A DNA stretch of 64,000 nt from Eledone cirrhosa (GCA_964016885.1 OZ024740.1:388368001-388432000), one strand, 5' to 3'. Numbered from the stretch's first letter, positions 25,587 to 41,443 are shown. Translations and numbers: made by a program. The notes: a model not told the origin generated them from the sequence alone.

Positions 25587-28500
25587 TCTATATATATAAA
25601 TCTGAGGATGTGTGTGTTAAGGTTTGTAACGTATGCATGTCCACAATTTCCAACGGATATTATTCAAAACCAGGTCAATTATTGCTTTTGGTCAGGAAGA
25701 GGTCATGAGGCAAAGAATTTTCAAATCCATCAACAATAAGGACAAAAATCAATCATGATCATTCCCCCCTCTATAATTTAACTGCTTTACTCTCTCTGTC
25801 GCTCTTCACTCCCTATATGAGAACACTGCAGTGGAGCATTCCGTATTGAGCGTTCCATATTGAGCGTTCCGTATAGACATACAGCTTATCTGGGGCATTT
25901 TCAATCGGCTTATTGCAAATAATAACCCGCAAAATAACACTTCATATAACATATTAATGCTATAGACATATGAATCGGAATGCAACCCGTGAACTTTTTC
26001 CTGGACAAAATTATTCGAACAGACATGACTTCATTGCCAGAGTGTTCAGACTGAAACTGGCTAAACTCATGGCTTTAATCAAAAAGTATCAGGTATTGGG
26101 AGCTGTAAAATGTGACATGTTCACCGTCAAATGGCAAAAACGAGGGCTGCCACATGCTCACATTTTGATTTGGTTAGCTGATAAAATCAATTCAAATGCC
26201 ATAGACAGCTTCATTTCGGCTGAAATCCCTAACCCAGCAACTGACCAAGAATTACATGACATCGTCAAAGCTAACATGGTCCGTGTGCGTCGGGTCCTAA
26301 TGAGCAGCACATGTGTGTGAAAGGGGAGTCGTGCAGTAAGGGATACCCAAAAAGATTTGTTGACCAGACTCAGACTGGTCGAGACGGGTACAGGCGGAGA
26401 CGGCCCGAGAATGGTGGCTTCACCACAACAGTAAAGGGAGGTCTAGTCGACAATAGATGGGTGGTCCCTTACTGTCCGCTTCTCTTGAAGATGTTCAACG
26501 CCCACATCAACGTTGAGTTTTGCAACTCCGTCAAGTCGATAAAATACATATGCAAATATGTAAATAAGGGCTCTGATGCCGCAATCTTCGCATTTCAAGC
26601 TGAAAATAGGAGGGACGAGGTCACAGAATACCTGGCGGGGCGGTACATCAGTAGCAATGAAGCTTTTTGGCGCCTATTTGGTTTACCCCTACACCAACGG
26701 CACCCCACCATCGTACAGCTTGCGGTACATTTGAAAAATGGGCAAAGGGTTTACTTTACGTACCAAACCGCCGCCAATTTGGCCACGATCCGAAAAAGAC
26801 CACTCTGACGGGTTTCTTCAAACTTTGCCAGTTCGATACATTTGTGCAAACAATTGTGTACCCCCAGGTTCCATCCTACTTTATATGGTCGAAAAATACT
26901 TGGGTGCGAAGAAAGTCAGGTCAGTCTGTTGAAAGACAACCTGGTGCAAAATTTGACAGTTGTCTTGGAAGGGTTTATACTGTGCCCCCAAGTCAGCATG
27001 AGTGCTTTCATCTCCGCCTTTTTCTGCATGAAGTTGTAGGCCCACAAAGTTTTCAGGACCTCAAAACTGTTGATGGAGAAATATGTGATACGTACCGGGA
27101 AGCCTGCTTTAAGCGTGGTCTTTTGGAAGATGATTCGCAATGGGATTCCATTTTAGCAGAGGGTGCTTTGTTGAAATCACCTAAAGGTCTACGGGAACTA
27201 ACTCTTTGCCATTTTGCTTCGAAAGTGTGAATTGTGTGATCCCAAATCTTTATGGGTCAAGTACAGAGACTTCATCTCTGAGGACTTCCTGCGCCTGGCT
27301 CATCTGCAGTATGCTTCAGTGGAAGTTGGTTACAGCGACATTATCTACAACAGGGCAGTCATTGATATCGAGGACGCCCTCCTCGACATGGGTGGGAGTA
27401 AGTTGGCGACGTATGGCTTGCCGTCAACCGTCAGAGAGGAAGCTAACACGTTGCCCCTGATTTGTTGCGGGAAACAGCATATGACATCGAATCTTTTTCC
27501 CAATACTTAGAGGAAAATGAGCCCAAACTTCTTTCGGACCAAAGGTTAGCCTATTTAACTATCATTGAAGCGGTTCAAAATCAGTCTGTGGGTATTTACT
27601 TTATCGATGCTCCTGGGGGTACCGGAAAAACTTTTGTAACGAAATTGATTCTCGCTAAGATTCGTCAGGAGGAAAAAATTGCGTTGGCCGTTACATCGTC
27701 CGGGATCGCTGCTACTTTGCTGCCGGGAGGCAGGACAACACATTCAACCTTTAAACGCCCCTTGGATTTAGTAAAAACTAGACAACAACATGCAATATCA
27801 GCAAGAGTTCACACGAAGCTCTGGTTCTTAAAAAATATTGCTTCATTGTTTGGGATGAGTGCACAATTGCACACAAGGGTGCCCTTGAGGCATTGGACTG
27901 CACCCTGAAAGACATTAGGGATTCTATAGCTCATATGGGCTGCGTAACCCTTCTGCTATCAGGGGATTTTCGGCAAACACTGCCTGTTATCCCCAAAGGG
28001 ACAAGAGCTGATGAAGTGCGTGCCTGCTTTAAGACGTCCATGTTGTGGCTCCAGGTGAAGAGTTTGTACCTGAGCACAAATATGCGTGCTCATTTGCATG
28101 GTGACAACATGTCTGCAGCATTTCCTCAGAACATTTTAGCACTTGGTGAGGGCAAGGTCCCTGCGGATGACAAGGGCGCTATAGCAATCGACTCCCTGTG
28201 CAACATTGTGTGCAGCCCTTCTGACCTTTGGGAAGCAGTTTTTCCTGTCTCATCTAACTTTAAAAACCTCTATTGGCTCAGCGAAAGAGCCATCCCTGCT
28301 CTGAAAAAATACCATGGTTAATTTTATTAACGAGCAGCTGATTGAGAATATTCCCGGTAAAGAGCACATCTTCAAACCTATCGACCGGACGTCAGACCCT
28401 GACGATATCGTTAATTATCCGGTTGAGTCATTAAATTCCCTTGAGCCCCCAGGGCTCCCACCTCACATTCTTAAGCATAGGGTTAGCTGTTCTATTATGC

Positions 28501-29216
28501 TAAGGAACTTGCATCCACCAAAGCAGTGCAACGGTACTCGCATGGTCGTCAAGTCACTGACGCCCCACTTGATTGAGGCCACCATTGTAACGGGGTGTGG
28601 GAGAGGGGATAATGTTTTCATTCCAAGGATGAACCTTTTCCCCTCGGCGTCAGATATCCCGTTTGATTTCCGGCGATCCCAATTCCCGGTGACACCATAT
28701 TTTGCCATGTCCATTAACAAGTCACAAGGGCAAACATTGTCGGTGGGGGGGGGGGGGAATCCATTCGGGGGAGCGATGCTTCACCCATGGCCAATTTTAT
28801 GTTGCCTGTTCCCGCGTAGGGAGCAGGAGTGGACTTTTTGCTTACACTCCTCAAGGAATGACACGCAATATCATCTACAAAGAAGTGCTATAGATGTTGG
28901 TGCAGGTGTTGGAGGTGTTGGAGCTATGCCGTCTGGAAAACTATTTCTTGGTAGGGTCACCCATGGCGGACAGATCTGATACCCAGCAGCATCAGAGCCA
29001 CCATGTTGCAACTTTGGTCTACTAAATTCGCTATTGAAAGATTATTAACCCATCATTGATTGTCCAAAATGCTAATTGGTTCGTAACTTTTAATAACCGG
29101 TTCAACTGCTTTATGCACTTAATTGGTAAGCTTATTCGCTTTCAAGCCACGTTTGCCTGTATGTAACTTTTCATAGCAAATGAACAAACCCGAGCAACGC
29201 CGGGCTAAACTGCTAG
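25587..29216 (+). mobile_element. Helitron, internally deleted and decayed, both termini present
   Basis: 5' end A|TCTATATA. 3' hairpin cccg-agcaacgc-cggg, then CTAG|T at 29213-29217. Contains RepHel fragments. Confidence 0.9.
25970..28893 (+). pseudogene. Helitron Rep/PIF1-helicase (RepHel) pseudogene with multiple frameshifts
   Basis: HUH motif WQKRGLPHAHILIW and Y2 motif KYICKYVNKG. Walker A DAPGGTGKT. Helicase motifs GDFRQTLPV, CNGTR, FAMSINKSQGQT and HGQFYVACSRV. Confidence 0.92.
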
Positions 29217-29649
29217 TAGTGAATAAATATTGCTTAATATTTATATATATATATGCATGAGTACCTTTACATATTGTAATGTGCGTTCATGTATATTCAT
29301 ACTTGGCGTCTTTGTGCCTATCTGTGAGAATGCGCGTGCGTTTGAGTGTCCATTATGATAATAATATTTTCCAGCCAAATTATAAGCCGTTTTGTCTTAG
29401 TATTTATGTACAATTTACAACCCTAATTATATGCGTCAATTCAATTTTGTTTTTGTCTATTATATTTTGCTTCTTTATAGATAGAAATATATAAATCTAG
29501 TAGATATTTTAAGTTTTAGATGATTATAGGATTATTTGTAACCAGGCCATTTTAAGCGTTTTATATTGTCTAGTTAGTATATGAAGATGCAGATGAGAGT
29601 ATTAACATTTTTGTATGATTTTCTATATATACGCACAGTGACACATTAC

Positions 29650-29744
<95 letters not shown>

Positions 29745-29746
<2 letters not shown>

Positions 29747-29916
29747 TTTCACCGTATTTTAGACTAGAGAAATTTCTAGCCTGATAGTGGGGTTTATAAC
29801 CCTCGGAGAAATGGAAAAAGATGAGTGTTGCCGTACTCATCTTTTTCCATTTTTCCGAGGGTTATAAACCCCACTATCAGGCTAGAAATTTCTTTAGTCT
29901 GAAATACGGTGAAAGC
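29745..29916. repeat. 172-bp near-perfect palindrome (8-bp loop) next to (TA)n
   Basis: gctttcaccgtattt...aagatgagt-gttgccgt-actcatctt...aaatacggtgaaagc. Confidence 0.92.
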
Positions 29917-29994
29917 TTATAATTTCTAATTTCTAATTTCAAACTCGCGCACCGTTTCAAAAACATACTTACCTGTTTACATTTATAATTTGCT

Positions 29995-30066
<72 letters not shown>

Positions 30067-30082
30067 AGTTTTAATATAGAAG

Positions 30083-30133
30083 AGATTCTACAGGACTAGA
30101 ACTGTTTCATTCATTAGAAATCATCAGGAATCT
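30083..30133 (-). ncRNA. Type I hammerhead ribozyme (inverted arm of PLE 2)
   Basis: Reverse complement of 44225-44275. Confidence 0.8.
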
Positions 30134-30742
30134 GGGTATCAAAAAATAAATATGGTATTTATAGGTCTCTACAAGTGGTAGGAGAGGGTGGGGAGTGGGA
30201 TGGGTGCAGGTCATTGGTTGATAGAAAAGGGAATTCATTAAAAGCTAATTCTACAAAGCTATAGTTTATTTTTATTTATTTATGTTTTTAGAGTAACAAA
30301 GGCAGACAGAATTCTATAAACAGGTTCCGGATGGGATACCATTCCTTGTCATTAAGTTTCTCTTAAGCTAACAGATGTCTATAAAATCAGTGGGGGGTCA
30401 GTCATGGTCGATAGAATTAAAGAAAAGGGAGATTCTTTAAAAGCTAATATCATTAAGGTTCTACTAAGTGACAAAGGTCTAGAGAATTCTGCAGACAGAT
30501 TCAAAATACTGAGTGCATATCTTACTATTATCTTCGAACTTCTCTTAAACTAATCAACTATATGCCAAAAATCAACAGACACATTCACAAAAAAAAAAAA
30601 AAAACACACATACTCACTCACACACTTACGCACAACCATAAACACACACACAAACACATAAACACACATAAAAACACACACACATATATAAAAATATATT
30701 CAAGTACACACACATACATACACATATACATACATACATACA

Positions 30743-30804
<62 letters not shown>

Positions 30805-30821
30805 TATATACACATACACAG

Positions 30822-30860
<39 letters not shown>

Positions 30861-31011
30861 CACACACACATACACATACATACACACACACACACATATA
30901 TACACAAATAAATACACTCACACGCATACATACAAACACAAATATACATGTGTATACATATACACACAAATACATATAGACATATATACATACACATACA
31001 CAGACACATAT

Positions 31012-31065
<54 letters not shown>

Positions 31066-31083
31066 ACACATACATACATACAC

Positions 31084-31122
<39 letters not shown>

Positions 31123-31458
31123 TACATGCACACACATATGTATATATATATAAAAAAAAACCCATACACACACATATATATACATATACACACACATACA
31201 CACAAACAAACACACACATATATATACACATATACACACGCATACATATATATATATATATATACACATATATACACATACATATATATATACACACATA
31301 TATACACACACCCACACATATACATATATATATATATACACACATACATACACACACATACACATATATATATGTGTATATATATATACATACATACACT
31401 CAAATATATACATATATATAAAAAAAATATACACACATATACATACATACACACACAC

Positions 31459-31533
<75 letters not shown>

Positions 31534-31548
31534 CATATATATATATAC

Positions 31549-31601
<53 letters not shown>

Positions 31602-31843
31602 CATACAAACATACATACAAACATACATATACACATACATACATATAAACATATATATACACACATATATACACTTATGCACATACATATATACACACAT
31701 ATATACACATATATATATATACACATATATATACACATATACACATATACATACATATATTTACACACACATATATATATATACATATTATATATACACA
31801 TATACACACACATACACACACACATATATACACATACATACAT

Positions 31844-31962
<119 letters not shown>

Positions 31963-32063
31963 TATATACACGCACACACATATATATACACACATATATA
32001 TATACACACACACACAAACACACACACACACACACATACACATGCATATGTATAAATATCTAT

Positions 32064-32128
<65 letters not shown>

Positions 32129-32220
32129 TCCATACATATACAAACATACACATACATACACAGACCTATACATAAATATACACATATATATACAGACATA
32201 TAACGCATATATACACACAC

Positions 32221-32323
<103 letters not shown>

Positions 32324-32401
32324 CACACACGGGCATACACACATACACACACACACACAGATATATATACACACTCTCTCTCTCACGCACATATATATAT
32401 G

Positions 32402-32519
<118 letters not shown>

Positions 32520-32566
32520 CATACATACACACAAATACATATATACACACATACACATACACAGAC

Positions 32567-32599
<33 letters not shown>

Positions 32600-32608
32600 T
32601 ACACACAT

Positions 32609-32651
<43 letters not shown>

Positions 32652-32660
32652 TATATATAC

Positions 32661-32759
<99 letters not shown>

Positions 32760-32788
32760 AAAGAATAGAGGTGTAACACACAAGTTAT

Positions 32789-33192
32789 TATATATTGGTA
32801 AACGGAATAGAAAATGCTGACAAATTGTTCACAGTTGAAAAATGGTTTAATTAGGAATAAAAGAGTATTAGTGATTGTATGGGTTAGTATTCAGTTGTGG
32901 TTTTAAGTTTTTAAGTTTTTACCGGTTGCGCATTTCTAAATGCTTTTCAAAAATAATTTTGAGATAGAGTGTCCGTGCTGTTTGCTCTGATCAGAGCAAA
33001 CAGCACGGACACTCTATCTCAAAATTATTTTTGAAAAGCATTTAGAAATGCGCAACCGGTAAAAACTTAAAAACTTAAAACCACAACTGAATACTAACCC
33101 ATACAATCACTAATACTCTTTTATTCCTAATTAAACCATTTTTCAACTGTGAACAATTTGTCAGCATTTTCTATTCCGTTTACCAATATATA
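32789..33192. repeat. Perfect spacerless ~400-bp palindrome centred at 32990/32991
   Basis: ...gtgtccgtgctgtttgctctga|tcagagcaaacagcacggacac...; arms match out to tatattggta / taccaatata. Confidence 0.95.
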
Positions 33193-33209
33193 TATATATA
33201 TATACAAAT

Positions 33210-33240
<31 letters not shown>

Positions 33241-33255
33241 CACACCTGCCCACAC

Positions 33256-33348
<93 letters not shown>

Positions 33349-33373
33349 CACACACACGCCCACACATACATAC

Positions 33374-33438
<65 letters not shown>

Positions 33439-33445
33439 CATACAA

Positions 33446-33516
<71 letters not shown>

Positions 33517-33553
33517 ATTAAATAAATGGAAACTATATTTATAAAACCATATC

Positions 33554-33619
33554 TATTTCATTATATATATTTCGGGGATATCATATTAACAATATGCTAT
33601 GCCTTCCTCAGACAAAATA
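33554..33619 (-). ncRNA. Type I hammerhead ribozyme (inverted arm of PLE 1)
   Basis: Reverse complement of 38501-38566. Confidence 0.65.
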
Positions 33620-34847
33620 CAATATAAACAGTTTTATAGATAAATAGATTCGACATACCGTTATAACACCGACTTCCATTTGAAGAGGTTTACGCTGGCA
33701 GTGAAAAAATTTACACAGAGAGAAAGAAAGAGAGAAAAAAAAAAGAAAGAAAGACAGAAAACGAAGAAAAGGAAGAAAAAGAAGAAATGCATGGAACAAA
33801 ATAGAGAGATGGAAAGATAGATAAAGCGAAGAACTTCATGTAAAGAAACAGAAAGAGATATATATATATAGAGAGAGAGGAAATAGAGATAGATACATAT
33901 ATATATAGAAAATTAGGTAGTGGGAGGTCATTTTGAGTAAATGTATCAATGATACATTTATTTATTTATTTATTTATTTAGCTCAAGTATTAATGTAAGG
34001 GAGATATATATAGAGAGAAAAAATATAGAGAGAGGAAAAAATAGCGAGAGAAAAAAAAAAAATTTAAAAATAGCCAGATATATTCGAGGCGTAAAAATCC
34101 TATGTTTTAATGTATTAGTATTTATAAAACTTACACTATATTGTAAATATCAGTATTCCTGAATGAGACAGGTACCCATAGTGTGTGAAAATTAATTATC
34201 TTATGTTTAGTTTTAAAAATTCATATGTTTATGTGACAGCTACAAACATCCATGCGAATCCACATGATTCACCCTGCAAACTCTAAGTTCACGGAAAACA
34301 TTCTCAATGTGGTATAAAAAATTTGAGCATACATATATGTGTATTAATTATTATTCCTGTCTTTACTCTACAAGATTATCTATCAAGCAGAAATAGAGAG
34401 CAGATTTCAATATACTAATAAAAATATATATCAGAAACAAAACTAAAAAAATAAAAAAAATAAAAAGATAACAATAATAATAATAAGTAAAAATAAGTAA
34501 TAATAAAATAGAAAACTAAAAAAATATTACGAAAGAATATTACATAATAACAAATATTACATATTAAAAATATTACGTATTAAAAAATATTACGTATTAA
34601 AAATTTACATATTAAAGATATTAAAAAATAAAAATAAAAAATAAAAAATATTATAGAATACTACAATAGTAAAAAATAAAAATAAAAAATAAAAAATATT
34701 ATAGAATACTACAATAGTAAAAAATAAAAATACTAGTTGTAAAATAGTAAAAAATAAAAATACTAGTTGTAACCCAACAATTTTAAATATAACTTTCCAT
34801 GTATCTTGCTCCAATACTGTTGAGCGCTTTATATTATAACTGGAAAA

Positions 34848-37071
34848 ATGGAATTCTTTAAGATTACTTCCTCTCTAAAAGACATACCTCTACCTAGAAA
34901 CAAAGACTTTATAAAACAATTAATAGATAAATCTGACTCTTTTATAAGGAGAATCAGGTGGCGTGCATTCCACTTTGATAAATCTAATGCAGACGAAAAT
35001 GTCTCGGACTTAAACAAAGTTTTCAAATCTAAAAGAAATCCACCCCCTAACAAACTTTTATCTGACTTTGAAAACGATATAATTTCTATCATACAAGGGG
35101 TCAAATTCAAGAGAAACTTCAAAGGCCAGGAATATCTGAAAGGCATTAAGGATAACATTGAGAGCTTAGAGAAAACTGAGAAGATCTTGGTGAAATCTGA
35201 CAAGACCAACAACCACCAACAACCTCTATGGAGTGCGGAAAGACATGTATAATGGCCTCATACTGAAAGAGCTGAGGAAAAAGTACAAGGTAGCAGATAA
35301 GGCCGAACTTGAGAAAATGAATGTCGAAGCATCTTGTATAATGCACGAGTTGGAAATTGAGAACAGAACACAACCTTTCGTGCCCAGGAAACCGAAGATC
35401 AATATGAAGGACCACAAGAGGAATTTTGAAAATGACCTGCCAGTTAGATTGATCGCACCTTCAAAATCGGACCTGGGCAAATTAAGCAAAAACATTCTTG
35501 ACAGGGTGATACAGCAAATTAAGAACTTGGATTGTGTATCTAACCTGAGCTTGTGGAAGGGAACTGGAGAGGTTGTTGAGTGGTTTAGGCAAATTAAATA
35601 TGACAATAATAATAGGTTTATTCAACTTGATATAGCTAACTATTATTCTTCTATTACCCCTAGTCTACTAAATAAGGCACTAAATTACGCATTCAAACAT
35701 ACTGACCTAACTAGCAAAGAAATGCATATTATAGTATCGGCTAGGAAAACTTTGATAGAATTTAATGACAAATTATGGACCAGAGCAGATAGAGATAGCA
35801 ATTTTGACATAACTATGGGATCTTCCGACTCAGCTCAGGTAACGGACCTTGTGGGCTTATTTTTAATCAATTCGCTACATAGGAAAATACCTGGTACTAC
35901 CGGAGGTTTATATAGGGATGACATGCTTTTACTTATTAATAATAATAACCCTGAACTAAATAGAAAATGTAAACAAATTACAAAATTTTTTAATTACTTT
36001 AACCTTAAAATAGAAATTGAGAACAACCATAGAATAGTCAATTTCCTAGATATAACATTAAATCTCAACACATGTCTCCACTATCCTTTTCACAAGTTGA
36101 ATGAAAACTTAAACTATGTCAACTTTAACTCTAACCACCCCAGATCTGTCAAAAACACTATAGTAAACTCAGTTCAAAAACGTATCTCTAGGATCTCGTC
36201 GAATAGAAAGATTTTCGACGAAAAGGCCCAATACTATAATGAAGCATTAGCTAGGGCAGGATATGCTGATAAGATTGTGTACATAGATAATGATAGACAA
36301 ACTAAACAAAGTAACAACTTTTTTAATTACGGCAACAACATTAACAACTATAATAGAAAGCATTACAATAATTCCAAAGGCCAAAAAAGAAATAGAACTA
36401 GGAACATAATTTGGTTTGCCCCCCCTTTCTCACTAAACATTAAAACCCACATCGCTAAATTATTTTTCAAAGCTCTTGATAATCGCTTCCCTAGAACACA
36501 TAGGTATCACTCAATTTTCAATAGGCATACAATTAAATTAACCTACTCATCCACCAAAAGTTTAGCACAAAATATTAATAGAATAAATAATAGGAACTTA
36601 AAACCTAGTGATAATAGCATAAATAATATACAAGTTAACAAATGTAACTGTAGAGATAGATCTAAATGTCCGTTAAATAACAACTGCTTAGTTAAAAATA
36701 TAGTATACAATTGTAATGTTAATACTGACTCTAATTCTTTTAACTACGTCGGTTCCACATCGACGGAATTTAAACTTCGCTATAATAACCACAAGAATTC
36801 TTTCACAGATCCAAGTAAAAAATCTTCAACGGCACTATCAGGCGTACTCTGGCAACTTAAGCTAGATAACGTTAGATATTCGACGGCTTGGAATATAGTC
36901 TCAAGGGGGATTCCTTTTAATTCATCCTCTGAGACATGTGACCTCTGCGCAGAGGAGATATTCTTTATACTAAAATCTAAAAATTCCCTTAACCTACGGA
37001 CAAATTTATTCAGTTGTTGCAAACATAGATTAAACTCAACGTTTAAATATAAATTTAAATTTAAAATGTAG
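34848..37071 (+). CDS. Penelope-like RT + GIY-YIG endonuclease, frameshifted by a 10-bp tandem duplication (35205-35224)
   Basis: Motifs FIRRIRWRAFHF, KSDKTNN, LDIANYYSSI, ITMGSSDS, LYRDD, VNFLDITL, SNHP. CNC-x4-CPL-x3-C precedes IVY...YVGST..FKLRYNNH, and CDLC follows. Removing one accaacaacc restores DKTNNLYGVRKDM. Confidence 0.92.
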
Positions 37072-38500
37072 TATATTTAGTTTGATTTATATTTATATGG
37101 GTAACTAGCCGATAAATTTTTGATTCCTAAATGTTTTGATTCCTTCTTTTTATTCTTTTTTTTATTGTTTATTTTTATTTTATTTTTATTTAAACATTCC
37201 TCATGAAAAATTAAGCTGCCCTAAAAGCTAATGCTCCAAATTTTTTGAATAGACCTTACACTAGATAAACTTCTATATTAAATATAAGAACATATGTAGA
37301 ACAATTTGGACATCATAGACTTTTTGAAATGATCTTTGCTAGATGTGATTTGATAGATAATTTTGGCTTTGTCTTGTAATGAACTTGGCAATATATTGTC
37401 AATTAATTTTGAAGGGTTGATCTTTGTGGTTTATTTTTATTTTTATTTTTTACTATTGTAGTATTCTATAATATTTTTTATTTTTTATTTTTATTTTTTA
37501 ATATCTTTAATATGTAAATTTTTAATACGTAATATTTTTTAATACGTAATATTTTTAATATGTAATATTTGTTATTATGTAATATTCTTTCGTAATATTT
37601 TTTTAGTTTTCTATTTTATTATTACTTATTTTTACTTATTATTATTATTGTTATCTTTTTATTTTTTTTATTTTTTTAGTTTTGTTTCTGATATATATTT
37701 TTATTAGTATATTGAAATCTGCTCTCTATTTCTGCTTGATAGATAATCTTGTAGAGTAAAGACAGGAATAATAATTAATACACATATATGTATGCTCAAA
37801 TTTTTTATACCACATTGAGAATGTTTTCCGTGAACTTAGAGTTTGCAGGGTGAATCATGTGGATTCGCATGGATGTTTGTAGCTGTCACATAAACATATG
37901 AATTTTTAAAACTAAACATAAGATAATTAATTTTCACACACTATGGGTACCTGTCTCATTCAGGAATACTGATATTTACAATATAGTGTAAGTTTTATAA
38001 ATACTAATACATTAAAACATAGGGTTTTTACGCCTCGAATATATCTGGCTATTTTAAAATTTTTTTTTTTCTCTCGATATTTTTTCCTCTCTCTATATTT
38101 TTTTTTCTCTATATATATATCTCCCTTACATTAATACTTGAGCTAAATAAATAAATAAATAAATAAATGTATCATTGATACATTTACTCAAAATGACCTC
38201 CCACTACCTAATTTTCTCTATATATATGTATCTATCTCTATTTCCTCTCTATATATATATATCTCTTTCTGTTTCTTTACATGAAGTTCTTCGCTTTATC
38301 TATCTTTCCATCTCTCTATTTTGTTCCATGCATTTCTTCTTTTTCTTCCTTTTCTTCGTTTTCTGTCTTTCTTTCTTTTTTTTTCTCTCTTTCTTTCTCT
38401 CTGTGTAAAATTTTTTCACTGCCAGCATAAACCTCTTCAAATGGAAGTCGGTGTTATAACGGTATGTCGAATCTATTTATCTATAAAACTGTTTATATTG

Positions 38501-38566
38501 TATTTTGTCTGAGGAAGGCATAGCATATTGTTAATATGATATCCCCGAAATATATATAATGAAATA
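38501..38566 (+). ncRNA. Type I hammerhead ribozyme in the PLE 1 terminal region (stem II partly mismatched)
   Basis: tattttgt-CTGAGGA-agg..catatt gtt aatatg..cccc-GAAA-tatatat-A-atgaaata. Confidence 0.65.
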
Positions 38567-38694
38567 AATATGGTTTTATAAATATAGTTTCCATTTATTT
38601 AATATTGTAAATATACTCCAAATATTTGTCGAGTGCTTTTATATCAGTTATAAATATTTACTAGTTGTAACCCAACAATTTTAAATATAACTTT

Positions 38695-38791
<97 letters not shown>

Positions 38792-38902
38792 TACACATAT
38801 ATATATATATATATACACTTACACATACATATACATACACACATATATACATAAACATACATACATACATACACATATATACATTCATACATACACATAT
38901 AT

Positions 38903-38939
<37 letters not shown>

Positions 38940-39004
38940 TATACACATATATATACATACATATACATACATAAATATACACACATAAAACACATATACA
39001 CACA

Positions 39005-39062
<58 letters not shown>

Positions 39063-39298
39063 TACATATACACACATACAAACAAATATATACACATACA
39101 AATAAATAGGTACTCAATAAATATACGCATATACGCAGGCACATAAAGACACCTCTACAGGCAGAAAATGTAGATACGAAAGAGGTACTCACATAACCAT
39201 AGTGGCCGTATTTCAGGTTGAGGAGGGGTGGGGGTAGGGTGGGGAGGAGGTATAGGGGCCAATAGGGGGAGGTCGTTTTTAGCCATCGGGCTTTAACT

Positions 39299-40495
39299 AT
39301 GGCGAGTGACTCGGCTGAAATTAGCGACCTTGTGGGCCTGTACATCCTACATAACCTGAAGAACCTCTTTACCGGCCTAACGGGAGGTTTATACCGAGAC
39401 GACGGCCTCTTCGCCCTGCATAAGGTTAGCCCCAGAACCACCGATGGGTTTCGAAAAAACTTAAGCTCTTTCTTCTCTAATCTAGGATTTAGTATAACTA
39501 TAGATTCTAATTTGACTAGGGCCAACTTCTTAGATGTCACTCTCGACCTAGATACTTCCCTCTATTACCCGTACCACAAACCTAACGAGTCCCTTAAATA
39601 TATTAATGTTAATTCAAACCACCCCCAAAACATCACTGATAACCTAGTAAAAAGCGTCTCTATTAGAATATCTGGCCTCTCCGCCAACAAAGATATTTTT
39701 AATGCATCTGCCTCCTACTACAATGACGCACTAGCCCGTAGCGGATTTAAAGATAAGATAACTTACCTAGAAACCACCGCAAGATTGCAGAGGAGGAATA
39801 GACATAGGCAGATAAGCTGGTACAACCCTCCCTTCAATAGAGAGGTATCTACTCCGATAGCTAGGATTTTCTTCACTTTACTGAAATTACACTTCCCCAT
39901 ACAACATAGGTACTACACCATCTTTAATAAGAACACTATAAGACTGTCTTACTCCACCACACCTAACCTAGCTAGGAATATAGCCAACCACAATTCTAAA
40001 CTAAATAAGCCAACCACCTCCGAAACCAATCCCCGGACTGGGGCTCTATGTAATTGCCTAAATAAGGAAGCATGCCCACTTGAAAACAAATGCCTCACAA
40101 ATGACATCGTATACAAATGCGATGTCATCTCAGGCACCGAGGATTGCAAAAAAACTTACATCGGCATGACCTCCAACAACTTTAAGACCCGTTGGTATGC
40201 CCATACCCACTCCTTCAGAAGACCGGATAAATCAAATCAGACAACACTCGCCTCCTACGTTTGGGACCTCAAAAGGAACTCCACCCCCTTCACGCTTAAT
40301 TGGAAAATACTCCAGAAAGCGCGCTCTTACAACGGAGGACACAAGGGCTGCGACCTTTGTATTTCAGAGAGCTACGAAATTTTATTCGCCAAGGGCCCGC
40401 TACTGAACAAACTCTCTGAACACTGCCCGAACTGCATGCACAAGAACTTTGCAACTTTCAAACACTTTAAGTCAGTGTTAAAGCCCGATGGCTAA
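39299..40495 (+). CDS. 5'-truncated Penelope-like RT C-half + GIY-YIG endonuclease
   Basis: Motifs [30 protein letters not shown]-x4-CPL-x3-C, IVY...[17 protein letters not shown]. Homologous to the PLE 1 ORF. Confidence 0.92.
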   Translation: MASDSAEISDLVGLYILHNLKNLFTGLTGGLYRDDGLFALHKVSPRTTDGFRKNLSSFFSNLGFSITIDSNLTRANFLDVTLDLDTSLYYPYHKPNESLKYINVNSNHPQNITDNLVKSVSIRISGLSANKDIFNASASYYNDALARSGFKDKITYLETTARLQRRNRHRQISWYNPPFNREVSTPIARIFFTLLKLHFPIQHRYYTIFNKNTIRLSYSTTPNLARNIANHNSKLNKPTTSETNPRTGALCNCLNKEACPLENKCLTNDIVYKCDVISGTEDCKKTYIGMTSNNFKTRWYAHTHSFRRPDKSNQTTLASYVWDLKRNSTPFTLNWKILQKARSYNGGHKGCDLCISESYEILFAKGPLLNKLSEHCPNCMHKNFATFKHFKSVLKPDG

Positions 40496-40708
40496 AAACG
40501 ACCTCCCCCTATTGGCCCCTATACCTCCTCCCCACCCTACCCCCACCCCTCCTCAACCTGAAATATGGCCACTATGGTTATGTGAGTACCTCTTTCGTAT
40601 CTACATTTTCTGCCTGTAGAGGTGTCTTTATGTGCCTGCGTATATGCGTATATTTATTGAGTACCTATTTATTTGTATGTGTATATATTTGTTTGTATGT
40701 GTGTATAT

Positions 40709-40761
<53 letters not shown>

Positions 40762-40826
40762 TGTGTGTATATGTGTTTTATGTGTGTATATTTATGTATG
40801 TATATGTATGTATATATATGTGTATA

Positions 40827-40873
<47 letters not shown>

Positions 40874-40986
40874 ATATATGTGTATGTATGTATGTATGTA
40901 TATATGTGTATGTATGTATGTTTATGTATATATGTGTGTATGTATATGCATGTGTAAGTGTATATATATATATATATATATGTGTA

Positions 40987-41035
<49 letters not shown>

Positions 41036-41040
41036 GTATG

Positions 41041-41093
<53 letters not shown>

Positions 41094-41109
41094 GTATGTA
41101 TGTGTGTGC

Positions 41110-41190
<81 letters not shown>

Positions 41191-41259
41191 TAGTTGTGTG
41201 GGCAGGTGTGTATATATATATATATGTGTGTGTGTGTATTTGTATATATATATATATAC

Positions 41260-41311
<52 letters not shown>

Positions 41312-41391
41312 TATATATATATAAATATATATATATATATGTATATATATGTGTATATGTGTATATATATGTGTGTGTGTGTATGTGTGTA

Positions 41392-41443
<52 letters not shown>

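Larger units (their letters stand above)
33511..38698 (+). mobile_element. Penelope-like element 1 (Naiad-type), near full length, with inverted 5' arm and short direct terminal repeat
   Basis: 33511-~34730 is the reverse complement of ~37430-38609. 34761-34800 is directly repeated at 38660-38698. Flanked by (TA)n. Confidence 0.9.
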
